DNA of 63,314 bases, the filler included, from Octopus bimaculoides (taxonomy: Eukaryota): assembly GCF_001194135.2 (NCBI RefSeq). It is 9 parts of 9 records of this genome, joined end to end, with 100 filler letters (N's around TTAATTAATTAA, not from the genome) between each part and the next. Parts side by side here need not be neighbours in the genome. Positions count along the whole stretch, not along the records: positions 1 to 17,278 come from NC_068986.1; positions 17,379 to 20,226 come from NW_026378934.1; positions 20,327 to 24,853 come from NC_068989.1; positions 24,954 to 26,517 come from NW_026358158.1; 5 more parts are not named here. The stretch is one strand, 5' to 3'. Both the position numbers and the translations under genes were made by a program. Under the pieces are notes generated by a model. It ran no database searches. It worked only from the letters and a program-made list of their open reading frames with translations, and was not told the origin of the DNA. The stretch's first letter is position 1. Every line of letters begins with the position of its first letter. Of the stretch, positions 12,738-25,405 are shown piece after piece.

Positions 12738-14646
12738 NNNNNNNNNNNNNNNNNNNNNNNNNNNNNNNNNNNNNNNNNNNNNNNNNNNNNNNNNNNNNNN
12801 NNNNNNNNNNNNNNNNNNNNNNNNNNNNNNNNNNNNNNNNNNNNNNNNNNNNNNNNNNNNNNNNNNNNNNNNNNNNNNNNNNNNNNNNNNNNNNNNNNNN
12901 NNNNNNNNNNNNNNNNNNNNNNNNNNNNNNNNNNNNNNNNNNNNNNNNNNNNNNNNNNNNNNNNNNNNNNNNNNNNNNNNNNNNNNNNNNNNNNNNNNNN
13001 NNNNNNNNNNNNNNNNNNNNNNNNNNNNNNNNNNNNNNNNNNNNNNNNNNNNNNNNNNNNNNNNNNNNNNNNNNNNNNNNNNNNNNNNNNNNNNNNNNNN
13101 NNNNNNNNNNNNNNNNNNNNNNNNNNNNNNNNNNNNNNNNNNNNNNNNNNNNNNNNNNNNNNNNNNNNNNNNNNNNNNNNNNNNNNNNNNNNNNNNNNNN
13201 NNNNNNNNNNNNNNNNNNNNNNNNNNNNNNNNNNNNNNNNNNNNNNNNNNNNNNNNNNNNNNNNNNNNNNNNNNNNNNNNNNNNNNNNNNNNNNNNNNNN
13301 NNNNNNNNNNNNNNNNNNNNNNNNNNNNNNNNNNNNNNNNNNNNNNNNNNNNNNNNNNNNNNNNNNNNNNNNNNNNNNNNNNNNNNNNNNNNNNNNNNNN
13401 NNNNNNNNNNNNNNNNNNNNNNNNNNNNNNNNNNNNNNNNNNNNNNNNNNNNNNNNNNNNNNNNNNNNNNNNNNNNNNNNNNNNNNNNNNNNNNNNNNNN
13501 NNNNNNNNNNNNNNNNNNNNCAATACGGATCGTGTATCACAGTCGATGTAAAAAACGGGGAACAGATTAGGTTTATCCATGGAGAGAAAAGCCTACGGAA
13601 AAGACCACGGTCACCTCAGGCTTTTTTTTTTAAAGGTACATGAAAGTAGGTACCTTCTCTCTTTTTGTCTCTTTTTGTTACAAGTCTATGCTTAAAATGG
13701 TGTTGTCTTTCATTCTTACCATTCTTGCCACATTTACCCATTTTTTATTGAAACTTTCATTCGACAACACTTTCCTCTCTATCCTCATCCTTCTTAGATA
13801 GATAAACAGATAGATAAACAGACAGATAAACGGACGGTCAGACAGGGAAACACATAAATGTTTGTTAGGAACGAAGATATAATACTTAAAATATGTTAGT
13901 TCCTATATACACGATATACTAGATCTTAACTTGTGTATCAAAGATATAGCTTTTTGATAAGGGTAACTGTCAGGAGAATTAAATATAATTCCAAAAAGGG
14001 ATGAGTGCGCTCCATCTGTTTGGACTGTAAGTAACACAGCTGTTGTTGTCAATATAACTGAAACAACTGGTTCTGGTATTTTACAGCCGTCATAGTTGAC
14101 CGAACATGATGAAATTGATCTCAACAAGAGATATGCTCTATGAAGCAAGGAAATATGAAACGACAACACAGGAATACATACAACGCCGAGTTCATGAACC
14201 CTAATGTTAAATTTCATATATAAATATCAGTGTGTGCAAGTACTTATGCTGGTGTGTGTGCTTGCATGACTGCAGAAGAGTATACATTTGGTATTAATTA
14301 TTAACATATATAAATATGTGTGTGTGTGAGTGTGATTTTGTTTAAGATTGGGAATTCTTCCTATAACAATTACTCAGGGATTTCGTCTTGGGTGGCATTA
14401 AGAAAACTTTTACTAGCGAATTTATATCTGATGTTTTGTGTCTCACTGTGACATGCGTCTTGAAGATCCAAATTGTCCAACGATTGGTGAATGCTTGTTT
14501 ACATACAGTTGGTCATCAGCAAATACTTTCTCGGTAGCCTCAGAATTTCACCAGCTATTCAAAAAGATAAAGTTAAAAATGTACTTCATCTGTGTGGAGA
14601 ATATAACCCTTCTCAAATATGGAATGTTTCTTAACAAAACAAACAA

Positions 14647-14738
<92 letters not shown>

Positions 14739-15426
14739 TAATAATAATAAGCTTTTGTGTGTAGAAAAACTACATGTGATTTAAACCAACGCTAGAAGAG
14801 AAACGCTTTCGACTGCATAAAGTTTCAAGCATTGCTAAAACATTTCAAACCAAGCGTTTGAAAACATTTCAAACCCGCTTGGCATAAGCAAGAAAGGGCG
14901 ACCGAGTAGTTTATTGCAAAAATAGACTATCTTATTTAAAGGTTTACTATTTTCTTTACCAAATGAAAATGTTTAGGAACGAACACGATATTCTGATGCA
15001 TGTAGTTTGCTTGATGCTTAAAAGAAAAATAACATGAAGATATTTGCAGCGCATTGTCTTTGTGTATCAAAGCTGTTTGTTGATAATTTGATATATGAAT
15101 TCTCATTGCATTGCCTTAAATGTTTATTCAAAGCTCATGTCTTCAAGCACACGTACTTGTACATACATACATACATACATACATACATACATACATACAC
15201 ACATACATCCGTACGTACATACGTACATATAATACATATATTTTCATACGTTCATACATGCATGCCTGCATGCATGCATACACACATACATACATACATA
15301 CATACACACATACATACATACATACATACATACATACATACGTATGTATGTACGTACGTACGTACATATACCAACGTTACGTAGCTGATTCCAACAAAAA
15401 GAGAGTAAGAAACAGATAAAAGAAGC

Positions 15427-15562
15427 GACTGGTATTTCATTTATCGTCCCCGAAAGGATGAAAATTCAAGTCGATCTCGGTGGCATTTGAACTCAGAGCA
15501 AAGAGCCAGACAAATATCTCAAAGCATTCTATCCGACGGTCTCACGGCTCTGCTCATTAGCT
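15427..15562 (-). mobile_element. SINE family B copy (diverged)
   Basis: Shares the CCCCGAAAGGATGAAA..AAGTCGA..TTTGAACTCAGA core. Confidence 0.75.
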
Positions 15563-15924
15563 TTTTTTTTTTTTTTTTAATTACAAATTGCTCAGATTTA
15601 CGTAAAACGTCATATAGCATATAACCTTCTTGAAATTCTCAGTTGCCTTGATATAAATTCACACCCTTCGACCTGGAAAATACATTAATGCGTTTTTATA
15701 AATGCTTAACTCATAATTTAATTATTATAATTAAAGTATACAATTACAATACTTACATATAAATTTACAGAGAGCAAATATAGACGATTTAGCGAGTGGG
15801 AATTGGTGTATCGTGACCTGCACATTACTCTTCAAACATTTAACGAGAGGGTTAATATGTGCAGCTTTTGGTTCGCTTATGTCTCTGTAACATAGTGGTT
15901 CGTCAAAAGTAACCGATTGTAAAT

Positions 15925-16035
15925 GTGCCGAACTTAAAAATGAATTTTGTAGTCGATTTGGATGACTAAATCCTTCAAGGCGGTGCCCCAGCATTGCCGC
16001 AGTCCGGTGGTTGAAACAAGTACAAGATAAAGGAT
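15925..16035 (+). mobile_element. 3' fragment of SINE family C
   Basis: GACTAAATCCTTCAAGGCGGTGCCCCAGCATTGCCGCAGTC..TTGAAACAAGTACAAGATAA matches the family C tail. Confidence 0.7.
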
Positions 16036-17069
16036 ATAAATAACGACCCTGTTTTTGTTAACAAAATATGATTTGCGATTAAATAATTGTTAATTCATTG
16101 AATTTCATTATTTTCCCCCATAAATATTCCAATAAATGTACAGATTTAACTGCCCAAAACTGAGACATAAGAGAAATCCAACAGCTTGAAGTAGAAAGAT
16201 ATACTTTGAAATATAGGAAAGAACTGTTTGACTTGTTCTNNNNNNNNNNNNNNNNNNNNNNNNNNNNNNNNNNNNNNNNNNNNNNNNNNNNNNNNNNNNN
16301 NNNNNNNNNNNNNNNNNNNNNNNNNNNNNNNNNNNNNNNNNNNNNNNNNNNNNNNNNNNNNNNNNNNNNNNNNNNNNNNNNNNNNNNNNNNNNNNNNNNN
16401 NNNNNNNNNNNNNNNNNNNNNNNNNNNNNNTAGCTTCTTTACTAGATCAAATTATTTAGATAAGAAAATGGGGCAAACAGGCCTTGTCAAGGCAATTCAG
16501 CAGACTGTTGGCAGTTAAACAGCTGCCTTGGGTATTATATTTTGGTTCTGATATGTCATTTCTGTCTCTCTATAACTACTTCAAACATGTTGAGGGTCAT
16601 ACGTACGTAAAATTGTATGTATGTATGTATGTATGTATGTATGTATGTATGTACGCATGTATGTATATATGCATGCATGTATGTATGTATGTATGCATGC
16701 ATGTATGTATGTTTTATGTATGTATTTGGATACGTGGACGTTCAGAAACGTATACCTACTGTTGGTGCGCATCCACAATGCTTGTATGCACACACACGCA
16801 TACACATGTAAGTATGTATTTGTATACATGTATGTATGCATACACACGCACACATGCACTAACATATAAATATAATTACCCTATAGTGAAGGCGCGTAAA
16901 TCAGTCCCAAAATTAGTAGTTTTCTTATCATATGCATACGTGCGTATGATACGGCATATATTTGTGTATGCATCCATGTGTGTGTGTTTTCTGAATGTCT
17001 TCGCAAGTCCATGCATCTCTGTGTTTTCCCTCATATATAACTCTATTATATATGAACATAAGATTATAC

Positions 17070-17115
<46 letters not shown>

Positions 17116-17278
17116 GCATGTATTAATAGGCGTTAGTAAATGTATATTTCAGTTATAACAGCGGAAATACGCAATTATGTAATTATTAATGCAATTATTA
17201 ATTCTTTATGTTCTTAGTAATTCCTTGAGGGTGGATGTAGAAATTTACTGTCCCAAGTTGCAGGATTGGCATACGAAA

Positions 17279-17378
17279 NNNNNNNNNNNNNNNNNNNNNN
17301 NNNNNNNNNNNNNNNNNNNNNNTTAATTAATTAANNNNNNNNNNNNNNNNNNNNNNNNNNNNNNNNNNNNNNNNNNNN
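17279..17378. other. Artificial scaffold-gap spacer N44-TTAATTAATTAA-N44 (linker also at 20271, 24898, 26562, 33082, 56842, 58155, 61597)
   Basis: The same 12-mer sits in the centre of 100-bp N gaps eight times and gives stop codons in all six frames. Confidence 0.95.
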
Positions 17379-17532
17379 ATTGCACTACTGGGCACTGCAC
17401 ACATCTTACGTAAAACACTTTCAATACAATAACCATAAGAGCATCACAGCAAATCACAGCACATACCCAAGGAACACAGAGCTGCGCTCGGTAGTGAAGT
17501 GAAAGCACATTATAAAAATAAAACTACTGAAC

Positions 17533-17577
<45 letters not shown>
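17379..17577 (+). mobile_element. 3' end of an R4/Dong-like REL-endonuclease non-LTR retrotransposon abutting (TAA)n
   Basis: Reads IALLGTAHILRKTLSIQ* (17379-17432), typical of the R4-clade C-terminus, followed by a short 3'UTR and (AAT)n at 17533-17577. Confidence 0.7.
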
Positions 17578-17578
<1 letters not shown>

Positions 17579-17777
17579 TGTGATCTCAAATTTTAAAACA
17601 AACATAATTTTCTTATGGTTTCTTAAACATTCACTAGAACAAAACTGTACAAATTCAAATATATAGTACCCTAGGCATAACACCTACATGAACTTCTAAC
17701 TTGTCACTTGAGGTCTCTGGGTGAGTCTTGGATCCAACTTGTACAAATGCAAAGCAAAAGTCAAACATAATAATAAT

Positions 17778-17987
17778 TTGTACTATAGGCACAAGGTCTG
17801 AAGTTTGGGAGAAGGGGCCAGTCGATTAGATCTACCACAGTACGCAACTGGTACTTAACTTATCGACCCCGAAAGGATGAAAGGTAAAGTCGACCACAGT
17901 GGAATTTGAGCTCAGAACGTAGCAGCTGACGAAATACCGCTAAGCATTTCGTCTGGCGTGCTAACGATTCTACCAGCTCGCCGACTT
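17778..17987 (-). mobile_element. SINE family B copy
   Basis: Reverse-complement match to 22409-22642 including the head (CTACCAGCTCGCCG). Confidence 0.85.
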
Positions 17988-18917
17988 ATATTAATAATAA
18001 TAATGATAATGATAAAAATAATGATGATGATGATGATGATGATGATAATAATAATTTTTTAATAATAATGTTTTCGTTATTAATCACTAAGGGTTCATAA
18101 AAAAACGATGGGGACGGTACAGCACAACAAAATGTGGGGTTACATAAAACGTGTGTAAAAAAATATAACAGACGCAGTACAAAATTATAACAATGAATAA
18201 TTCTCCAGGGCTGCTCTTGGAACTCCCACAAAACAACGGAGGCCTTGAACATTAGGGTAATTTTTCCTTTCTACAAACTACATGCAGCTGGAAGAAAGAT
18301 AAAAGTAAAACGGTTTATTAAAATATTCAAACCTGTTCTGAATGGAAGTAGCAACAGTAATATAACAACCAGTTAATGATGTGGATTAATTAATATAAAC
18401 AAGTTACAGAATATCGGTATGCCTGGCAAACCGTGATGCTTAAGTGCATGCGGATTGATCAAAAAGGATTTAAAAAAAATTCAGCTGGTTGGAGCGTTCT
18501 AAGAGATACCAAAGTTGTCAAGAACTCATCTGTCAATTAAGCACGTTTGAAATCTGATGACTCCACTACGAAGGTGCTAATTTTTAAAAAATAAAAAAAC
18601 CTGAAAATCAGAGCGTTTTAATTTTATTCAACTAATATACTATTCTATACACATTCACACAAATTCCAAACAACATATATATATATTGTTTTATATCGGG
18701 ATAGTCATTTTTTTCCCAAATAAACACATGCGTTATATATTTTTTCTTCACTTATTTATTATTGTTCTTATTTTATTATTTTAACTCATATCCATTGTTC
18801 GGAAATCTTTTGCCACACATCTGTGACCTCTTCAGCAACACTTCTCGTTTTCATGTGTGTTCTTGCTCCACTTACTCCATTTCAACACACGATTTCACAT
18901 CAAGAATCTTGCAAAAC

Positions 18918-18952
<35 letters not shown>

Positions 18953-20002
18953 NNNNNNNNNNNNNNNNNNNNNNNNNNNNNNNNNNNNNNNNNNNNNNNN
19001 NNNNNNNNNNNNNNNNNNNNNNNNNNNNNNNNNNNNNNNNNNNNNNNNNNNNNNNNNNNNNNNNNNNNNNNNNNNNNNNNNNNNNNNNNNNNNNNNNNNN
19101 NNNNNNNNNNNNNNNNNNNNNNNNNNNNNNNNNNNNNNNNNNNNNNNNNNNNNNNNNNNNNNNNNNNNNNNNNNNNNNNNNNNNNNNNNNNNNNNNNNNN
19201 NNNNNNNNNNNNNNNNNNNNNNNNNNNNNNNNNNNNNNNNNNNNNNNNNNNNNNNNNNNNNNNNNNNNNNNNNNNNNNNNNNNNNNNNNNNNNNNNNNNN
19301 NNNNNNNNNNNNNNNNNNNNNNNNNNNNNNNNNNNNNNNNNNNNNNNNNNNNNNNNNNNNNNNNNNNNNNNNNNNNNNNNNNNNNNNNNNNNNNNNNNNN
19401 NNNNNNNNNNNNNNNNNNNNNNNNNNNNNNNNNNNNNNNNNNNNNNNNNNNNNNNNNNNNNNNNNNNNNNNNNNNNNNNNNNNNNNNNNNNNNNNNNNNN
19501 NNNNNNNNNNNNNNNNNNNNNNNNNNNNNNNNNNNNNNNNNNNNNNNNNNNNNNNNNNNNNNNNNNNNNNNNNNNNNNNNNNNNNNNNNNNNNNNNNNNN
19601 NNNNNNNNNNNNNNNNNNNNNNNNNNNNNNNNNNNNNNNNNNNNNNNNNNNNNNNNNNNNNNNNNNNNNNNNNNNNNNNNNNNNNNNNNNNNNNNNNNNN
19701 NNNNNNNNNNNNNNNNNNNNNNNNNNNNNNNNNNNNNNNNNNNNNNNNNNNNNNNNNNNNNNNNNNNNNNNNNNNNNNNNNNNNNNNNNNNNNNNCATAC
19801 AAGTTTTGGTTATGCAAACAGAAAAAATAAAACTCATATTAACAATTGGGGAAAAGAATTTCTTCACTGGCCGAATGAGACGTCAGGCGAAACTCAAAGT
19901 CCCATTCCAAACATATTTTATAGTTGATTTACTTTTTGTATTGAGACGCTCATGTATAAGTGTTCTGTTGGTTTTTAAAAAATTTGCTTTAAAATATTGG
20001 TT

Positions 20003-20198
20003 TCTAATTCAGGCACAAGACTAGCAGTTTCAAGGGGTGTGGGGAGAATACTTGACTGGTATTTTTATTTTATCGGCCCTGGAAATAGGTAATTCATATA
20101 GGTGACTTCGGCAGGATTTGAACTCAGAACGCAAAGAGACGGAGGAAATACTGTAAAGCTGTTAAAGAGGATACACGCTAATGTTTCTTCCAGCTTGC
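20003..20198 (-). mobile_element. SINE family B copy (diverged)
   Basis: ACTGGTATT..TTTATCG..GACTTCGGCAGGATTTGAACTCAGAACG core. Confidence 0.65.
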
Positions 20199-20326
20199 TA
20201 AAAAACAAAAGACCTTAATTTACACGNNNNNNNNNNNNNNNNNNNNNNNNNNNNNNNNNNNNNNNNNNNNTTAATTAATTAANNNNNNNNNNNNNNNNNN
20301 NNNNNNNNNNNNNNNNNNNNNNNNNN

Positions 20327-20712
20327 GAGGGGATATCTCCGTAGGCTGAAGTGGCGAGCCATGAGTTGAGACTGAGTCTTAAAGTCATGGCTGTCACTAC
20401 AGAGCCTGCGTAGACGGAGGAATTGACAATAGGGCATGGAAAGCTTGGTGTGTTTAGGGTGGGAGGAGAAGAAGTTAAGATAAGAGTGTGAGTCTGTGTG
20501 TTTGTAGTGGATGGAAGTGCTAAGAGTGGAGTGATGAATGCTGACCGAAATGTCAAGAAAGGGGACAGAGGTGTCAGAGATAGTGCAGGAGAAGTGGAGG
20601 GCAGAATGGAAGGATTGGACAAAAGAGAGGAACGAGTCAAGATGTTCGCGGGAGAGTGAGGTGGCATCGATACAGTCATCAATATAACGACCGTATAGTT
20701 CGAGAGTAGGAC
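20327..20712 (-). mobile_element. Penelope-like element reverse transcriptase, Neptune-type, open frame between two gaps
   Basis: A stop-free minus frame missed by the ORF track reads PTLELYGRYIDDCIDAT...VPFLDISV...HYKHTDSHSYLNFFSSHPKHTKLSMPYCQFLRLRRLCSD...FSLRRYP. Confidence 0.9.
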
Positions 20713-22264
20713 NNNNNNNNNNNNNNNNNNNNNNNNNNNNNNNNNNNNNNNNNNNNNNNNNNNNNNNNNNNNNNNNNNNNNNNNNNNNNNNNNNNNNNNN
20801 NNNNNNNNNNNNNNNNNNNNNNNNNNNNNNNNNNNNNNNNNNNNNNNNNNNNNNNNNNNNNNNNNNNNNNNNNNNNNNNNNNNNNNNNNNNNNNNNNNNN
20901 NNNNNNNNNNNNNNNNNNNNNNNNNNNNNNNNNNNNNNNNNNNNNNNNNNNNNNNNNNNNNNNNNNNNNNNNNNNNNNNNNNNNNNNNNNNNNNNNNNNN
21001 NNNNNNNNNNNNNNNNNNNNNNNNNNNNNNNNNNNNNNNNNNNNNNNNNNNNNNNNNNNNNNNNNNNNNNNNNNNNNNNNNNNNNNNNNNNNNNNNNNNN
21101 NNNNNNNNNNNNNNNNNNNNNNNNNNNNNNNNNNNNNNNNNNNNNNNNNNNNNNNNNNNNNNNNNNNNNNNNNNNNNNNNNNNNNNNNNNNNNNNNNNNN
21201 NNNNNNNNNNNNNNNNNNNNNNNNNNNNNNNNNNNNNNNNNNNNNNNNNNNCAGTCTGTTGGTAGCTGGACGTGGGGTCAGAGGGCAGAGGGCGGTAGAA
21301 TTAGGTATCTCGAAGTTGTCGGATATATATATATATATATATATATACATACACACATACACACCACACACAGATAGATAGGCGGAGAAAGAGAGATAAT
21401 CGTTAGAAAATGTCATTCAGTGTATACAGTGTGATGAATAAACGGTATATTTTCATGAAGATAAATATTTCTGGTGCTGTCATATTAGGCTAGACAAGTA
21501 CAACTTAAATTAGGCAGAACAGAGAAATTAGGAATATTAAAGATATAGAAAGATATATTGTACAGGGAGATTGGAAATGCTTAATAAAATTCAATTGACG
21601 AAGAAAACGGCTGCTGAACATAGTACATGGCAATACGAAAGAAACTCTGTCTTTCTTCTGCTCCTTCTTATATTCTCTCTCTCTCCCCCCCCTCTCTCTC
21701 TCCTATTTCTGCATATGTTCATACATACGTACATACATATACATACATATAGATTAAAGCTAAAAGGAAAAAGCAAAACGTACGGCTTCACTTGAAAAGG
21801 ATATTCAATTTATAAAGTGAATACACACACACATGCATATATGCATATATAAGTGTAGGTCATGGACGTTCCGTCTGGGTAGGCAGTGCCTACCCTGAAT
21901 GAAATAGAGCGATAGTAACATTTTCCACTTAATTCAATAACATTATGAAGGTGACTCTGATTATTATGCATAAAATGCAAACTATCCCTTTTTTGTAGAT
22001 TAGGTAGGCATAATTCACCCCTGTGTCGCAGTCTCAATATTAAAACTATGTATAGTACCGCTGTAGTACACGTGCTGCGTATATTCCTACAACAACGTTT
22101 TCTTTACGCGCTATAGAGGCAGAAGTAAATCTGCCTCCATCTCAGTCTTGCATCTGTGTTTCGCTTATTTTGTTGTGTATATTACTACATAAACGTCACC
22201 AAATGCTCACCCTGAGTAATTACTCCTGGCACGTGCCTGATGTGTGTATATTCTGCTCGCCTTT

Positions 22265-22279
22265 CCACCAGGTGGCGTC
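22265..22279 (+). promoter_or_regulatory. Candidate CTCF-binding motif
   Basis: CCACCAGGTGGCGTC matches the CTCF core consensus CCACCAGGKGGCGC; it lies in non-repeat CpG-containing sequence with a CCAAT at ~22334. Motif match only. Confidence 0.35.
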
Positions 22280-22359
22280 ATTCGTAAAGTAGACGATGCA
22301 AAGCACATTGTGACCAGCGACGTTTAACGAAATCCAATAGTCTGGTCGATCACATTAAC

Positions 22360-22408
<49 letters not shown>

Positions 22409-22412
<4 letters not shown>

Positions 22413-22642
22413 CGGCGAGCTGGCAGAAACGTTAGCACGCCGGGCGAAATGCTTAGCGGTATTTCGTCTGCCGCTACGTTCTGAGTTCAAATTCCGCCGA
22501 GGTCGACTTTGCCTTTCATCCTTTCGGGGTCGATTAAATAAGTACCAGTTACGCACTGGGATCGATGTAATCGACTTGATCTGTTTGTCTGTCTTTGTTT
22601 GTCCCCTCTGTGTGTAACCCCTTGTGGGTAGTAAAGAAATAA
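22409..22642 (+). mobile_element. SINE family B, CpG-intact reference-like copy
   Basis: GAGGCGGCGAGCTGGCAGAAACGTTAGCACGCCGGGCG...GTTCAAATTCCGCCGAGGTCGAC; tRNA-like A/B-box head. Confidence 0.9.
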
Positions 22643-22701
22643 CACACACACACACACACACATACACACACATATATACATATGGGTGGGTGGGTGTATG
22701 G

Positions 22702-22732
<31 letters not shown>

Positions 22733-23059
22733 CGTGTGTGTGTGATATTCACACTTACATGCATGGGCAAACGAAGACGAATATACGAATGAAATAAATA
22801 AACTTATGAAAATACAATTATATATAATCCTAAATTCGTGCATACAAACAAAGCAATTGTATAGATTTGATCTATTAAGCTCAGCTACAATGATTTATAT
22901 AATATTCAGACATGCACTTATGCACATGCGCACACACAAACGATAGAGTTTTGTATCTTCGTTAGAAAGTAGCTCCTTACATAGAGGAAGATTTGAAAGG
23001 ATTAGAAATAGAACAGAACATACTTACATACATACATATATATATATATATACATATAC

Positions 23060-23091
<32 letters not shown>

Positions 23092-23122
23092 CTGTGTGTC
23101 TGTTACTGCGTGTGTGCATGTG

Positions 23123-23164
<42 letters not shown>

Positions 23165-23550
23165 NNNNNNNNNNNNNNNNNNNNNNNNNNNNNNNNNNNN
23201 NNNNNNNNNNNNNNNNNNNNNNNNNNNNNNNNNNNNNNNNNNNNNNNNNNNNNNNNNNNNNNNNNNNNNNNNNNNNNNNNNNNNNNNNNNNNNNNNNNNN
23301 NNNNNNNNNNNNNNNNNNNNNNNNNNNNNNNNNNNNNNNNNNNNNNNNNNNNNNNNNNNNNNNNNNNNNNNNNNNNNNNNNNNNNNNNNNNNNNNNNNNN
23401 NNNNNNNNNNNNNNNNNNNNNNNNNNNNNNNNNNNNNNNNNNNNNNNNNNNNNNNNNNNNNNNNNNNNNNNNNNNNNNNNNNNNNNNNNNNNNNNNNNNN
23501 NNNNNNNNNNNNNNNNNNNNNNNNNNNNNNNNNNNNNNNNNNNNNNNNNN

Positions 23551-23595
<45 letters not shown>

Positions 23596-23676
23596 AGCGT
23601 GATGCAAAAAATTGTTTAAGAAGATTGGGAAAGAGCGCTATGGTATTATATTTAAAATTACAAACGTTTTACCAGG

Positions 23677-24043
23677 TCAAATATACTTGGGGCATATTCG
23701 AACCAGTAAGAAATCCATTCACTGAGTTTTGTCATGGAGAAATTTTCTCACTTTAGACAAATAGTTGTAAACGCAGCAAATCAGTTCGAAGCGTCCTCTA
23801 ACCAGACAGATGGATGGATGTATTTCGGAGCGGTTATCTTCTCTTGACCATCAGATACTGACAAAAGACCTGTTGAGTTAATTGGTGACTTGCCTTAAAT
23901 AGAATACGCTAAACAGTGATGTGCATGAATACAAACTTAGTAATAGTTCAAATATGCTTGTGGCATATTCGAACACGTAAGAAAACCATTCACTGTATTT
24001 TGTCACGGAGAAAATTTCTCGCAGTAAACAAATAGGTGTAAAC
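23677..24043 (+). repeat. Diverged ~96-bp direct repeat pair (23677-23772 and 23948-24043), offset 271 bp
   Basis: TCAAATAT(A/G)CTTG(G/T)GGCATATTCGAAC..GTAAGAAA(T/A)CCATTCACTG..TTTTGTCA(T/C)GGAGAAA occurs twice. Confidence 0.85.
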
Positions 24044-24554
24044 ACGCCAAGTAGCTGGAATATGTAAACAAAGGCATCGCACACAAATCTCTAAACATAC
24101 AAAAAGTAAATATCACATAAATACTGTGTGTTATTGTAAGAATGAAATAGCAGAGTATACAGAAATGGGAATACACTGTCGATCAAGTGCTGAAGAAAAT
24201 AATGGTAAAATGCAATTAAAAAATATGAGAGAAGATGTCGAAAATTTATACCGTAAAAAATAGTTTAGAGATATATAGAAAAATTATCATAATGCTAACA
24301 ATAAAATAATGGAAGTAAACAGCAGTTGTATATAAGAAAATAGAAGCCACAGCGGGAAACAGTAAATAGTAAATAGAAACACTTGAAGTAAATAGGGGAA
24401 ACAATGGATGACAATATTCATGAAATAAGTAGTAAGAATAATACAAAATGCAAGCACGAATAAAATGTATGGCAATAATTGCAAAATATATTGTTAAAAG
24501 TTGCATACCAACAACAACAATAACAATAACAACAAAAATAAGAATAATATTTTG

Positions 24555-24750
24555 TAAGCTTGTTACACGGCCAGTAGTTTTGAGTGGAGGGGTAATTCGA
24601 TTATATCGTCTCCAGTTTGAAAGTTTATATCATTGACCCCGAAAGCACGAAAGGCAAATTCTACGTATGTGGTGTTTGAACTCAGAACTTAAAAATATGC
24701 TGCATAGCGTTTGGTCTGACGTGCTGACGGTTCTGCTAACTCGTCGACTC
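24555..24750 (-). mobile_element. SINE family B copy (diverged)
   Basis: GACCCCGAAAG..GAAAGGCAAA..TTTGAACTCAGAAC core. Confidence 0.7.
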
Positions 24751-24755
24751 GATAA

Positions 24756-24822
<67 letters not shown>

Positions 24823-25405
24823 TAATAATAATAATAATAACAATAGTGGACTANNNNNNNNNNNNNNNNNNNNNNNNNNNNNNNNNNNNNNNNNNNNTTA
24901 ATTAATTAANNNNNNNNNNNNNNNNNNNNNNNNNNNNNNNNNNNNNNNNNNNNATTTATAGTTTAGCGTCTGACTTGTTCATTGTTTCTAAATAAACAGA
25001 AATGTCTAATAAAAATCAACATGTACCATCTTTGATTGTATGTTTTATGATTTTTTAAATTTGTTATATTAATACATTTGTCTGCATGTGTTTACTTTAT
25101 GCGTACTTCAGTATTATGTATACCTAACATATATTTATGTACGAATACCTGTATCTTCTGTTTTTGCATGCAGAATTCAAAAATAATGTCAAATTATCTG
25201 TATCACCCACAGTTTCTCTGCTCCACGATATCCCTCTCAGTTCCTGGCTAAATTTCAGTTAAGCTGTTGAAACGTGAAGCTAACGGTTTAAGAAATACTC
25301 TTAATTAAAATTTTTATGAATAGAATTAACCTAATGAAATCATACATCCAGCTATCTGAGTCAATGAGTCCCAAAAATGTATGAAATGAAAAATATGTAA
25401 AAATA

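Noticed and set aside
13903-14217. 104-aa minus ORF and a GACT|GTAAGT donor on the plus strand
   Set aside because: No recognisable family and no consistent acceptor/donor pair.
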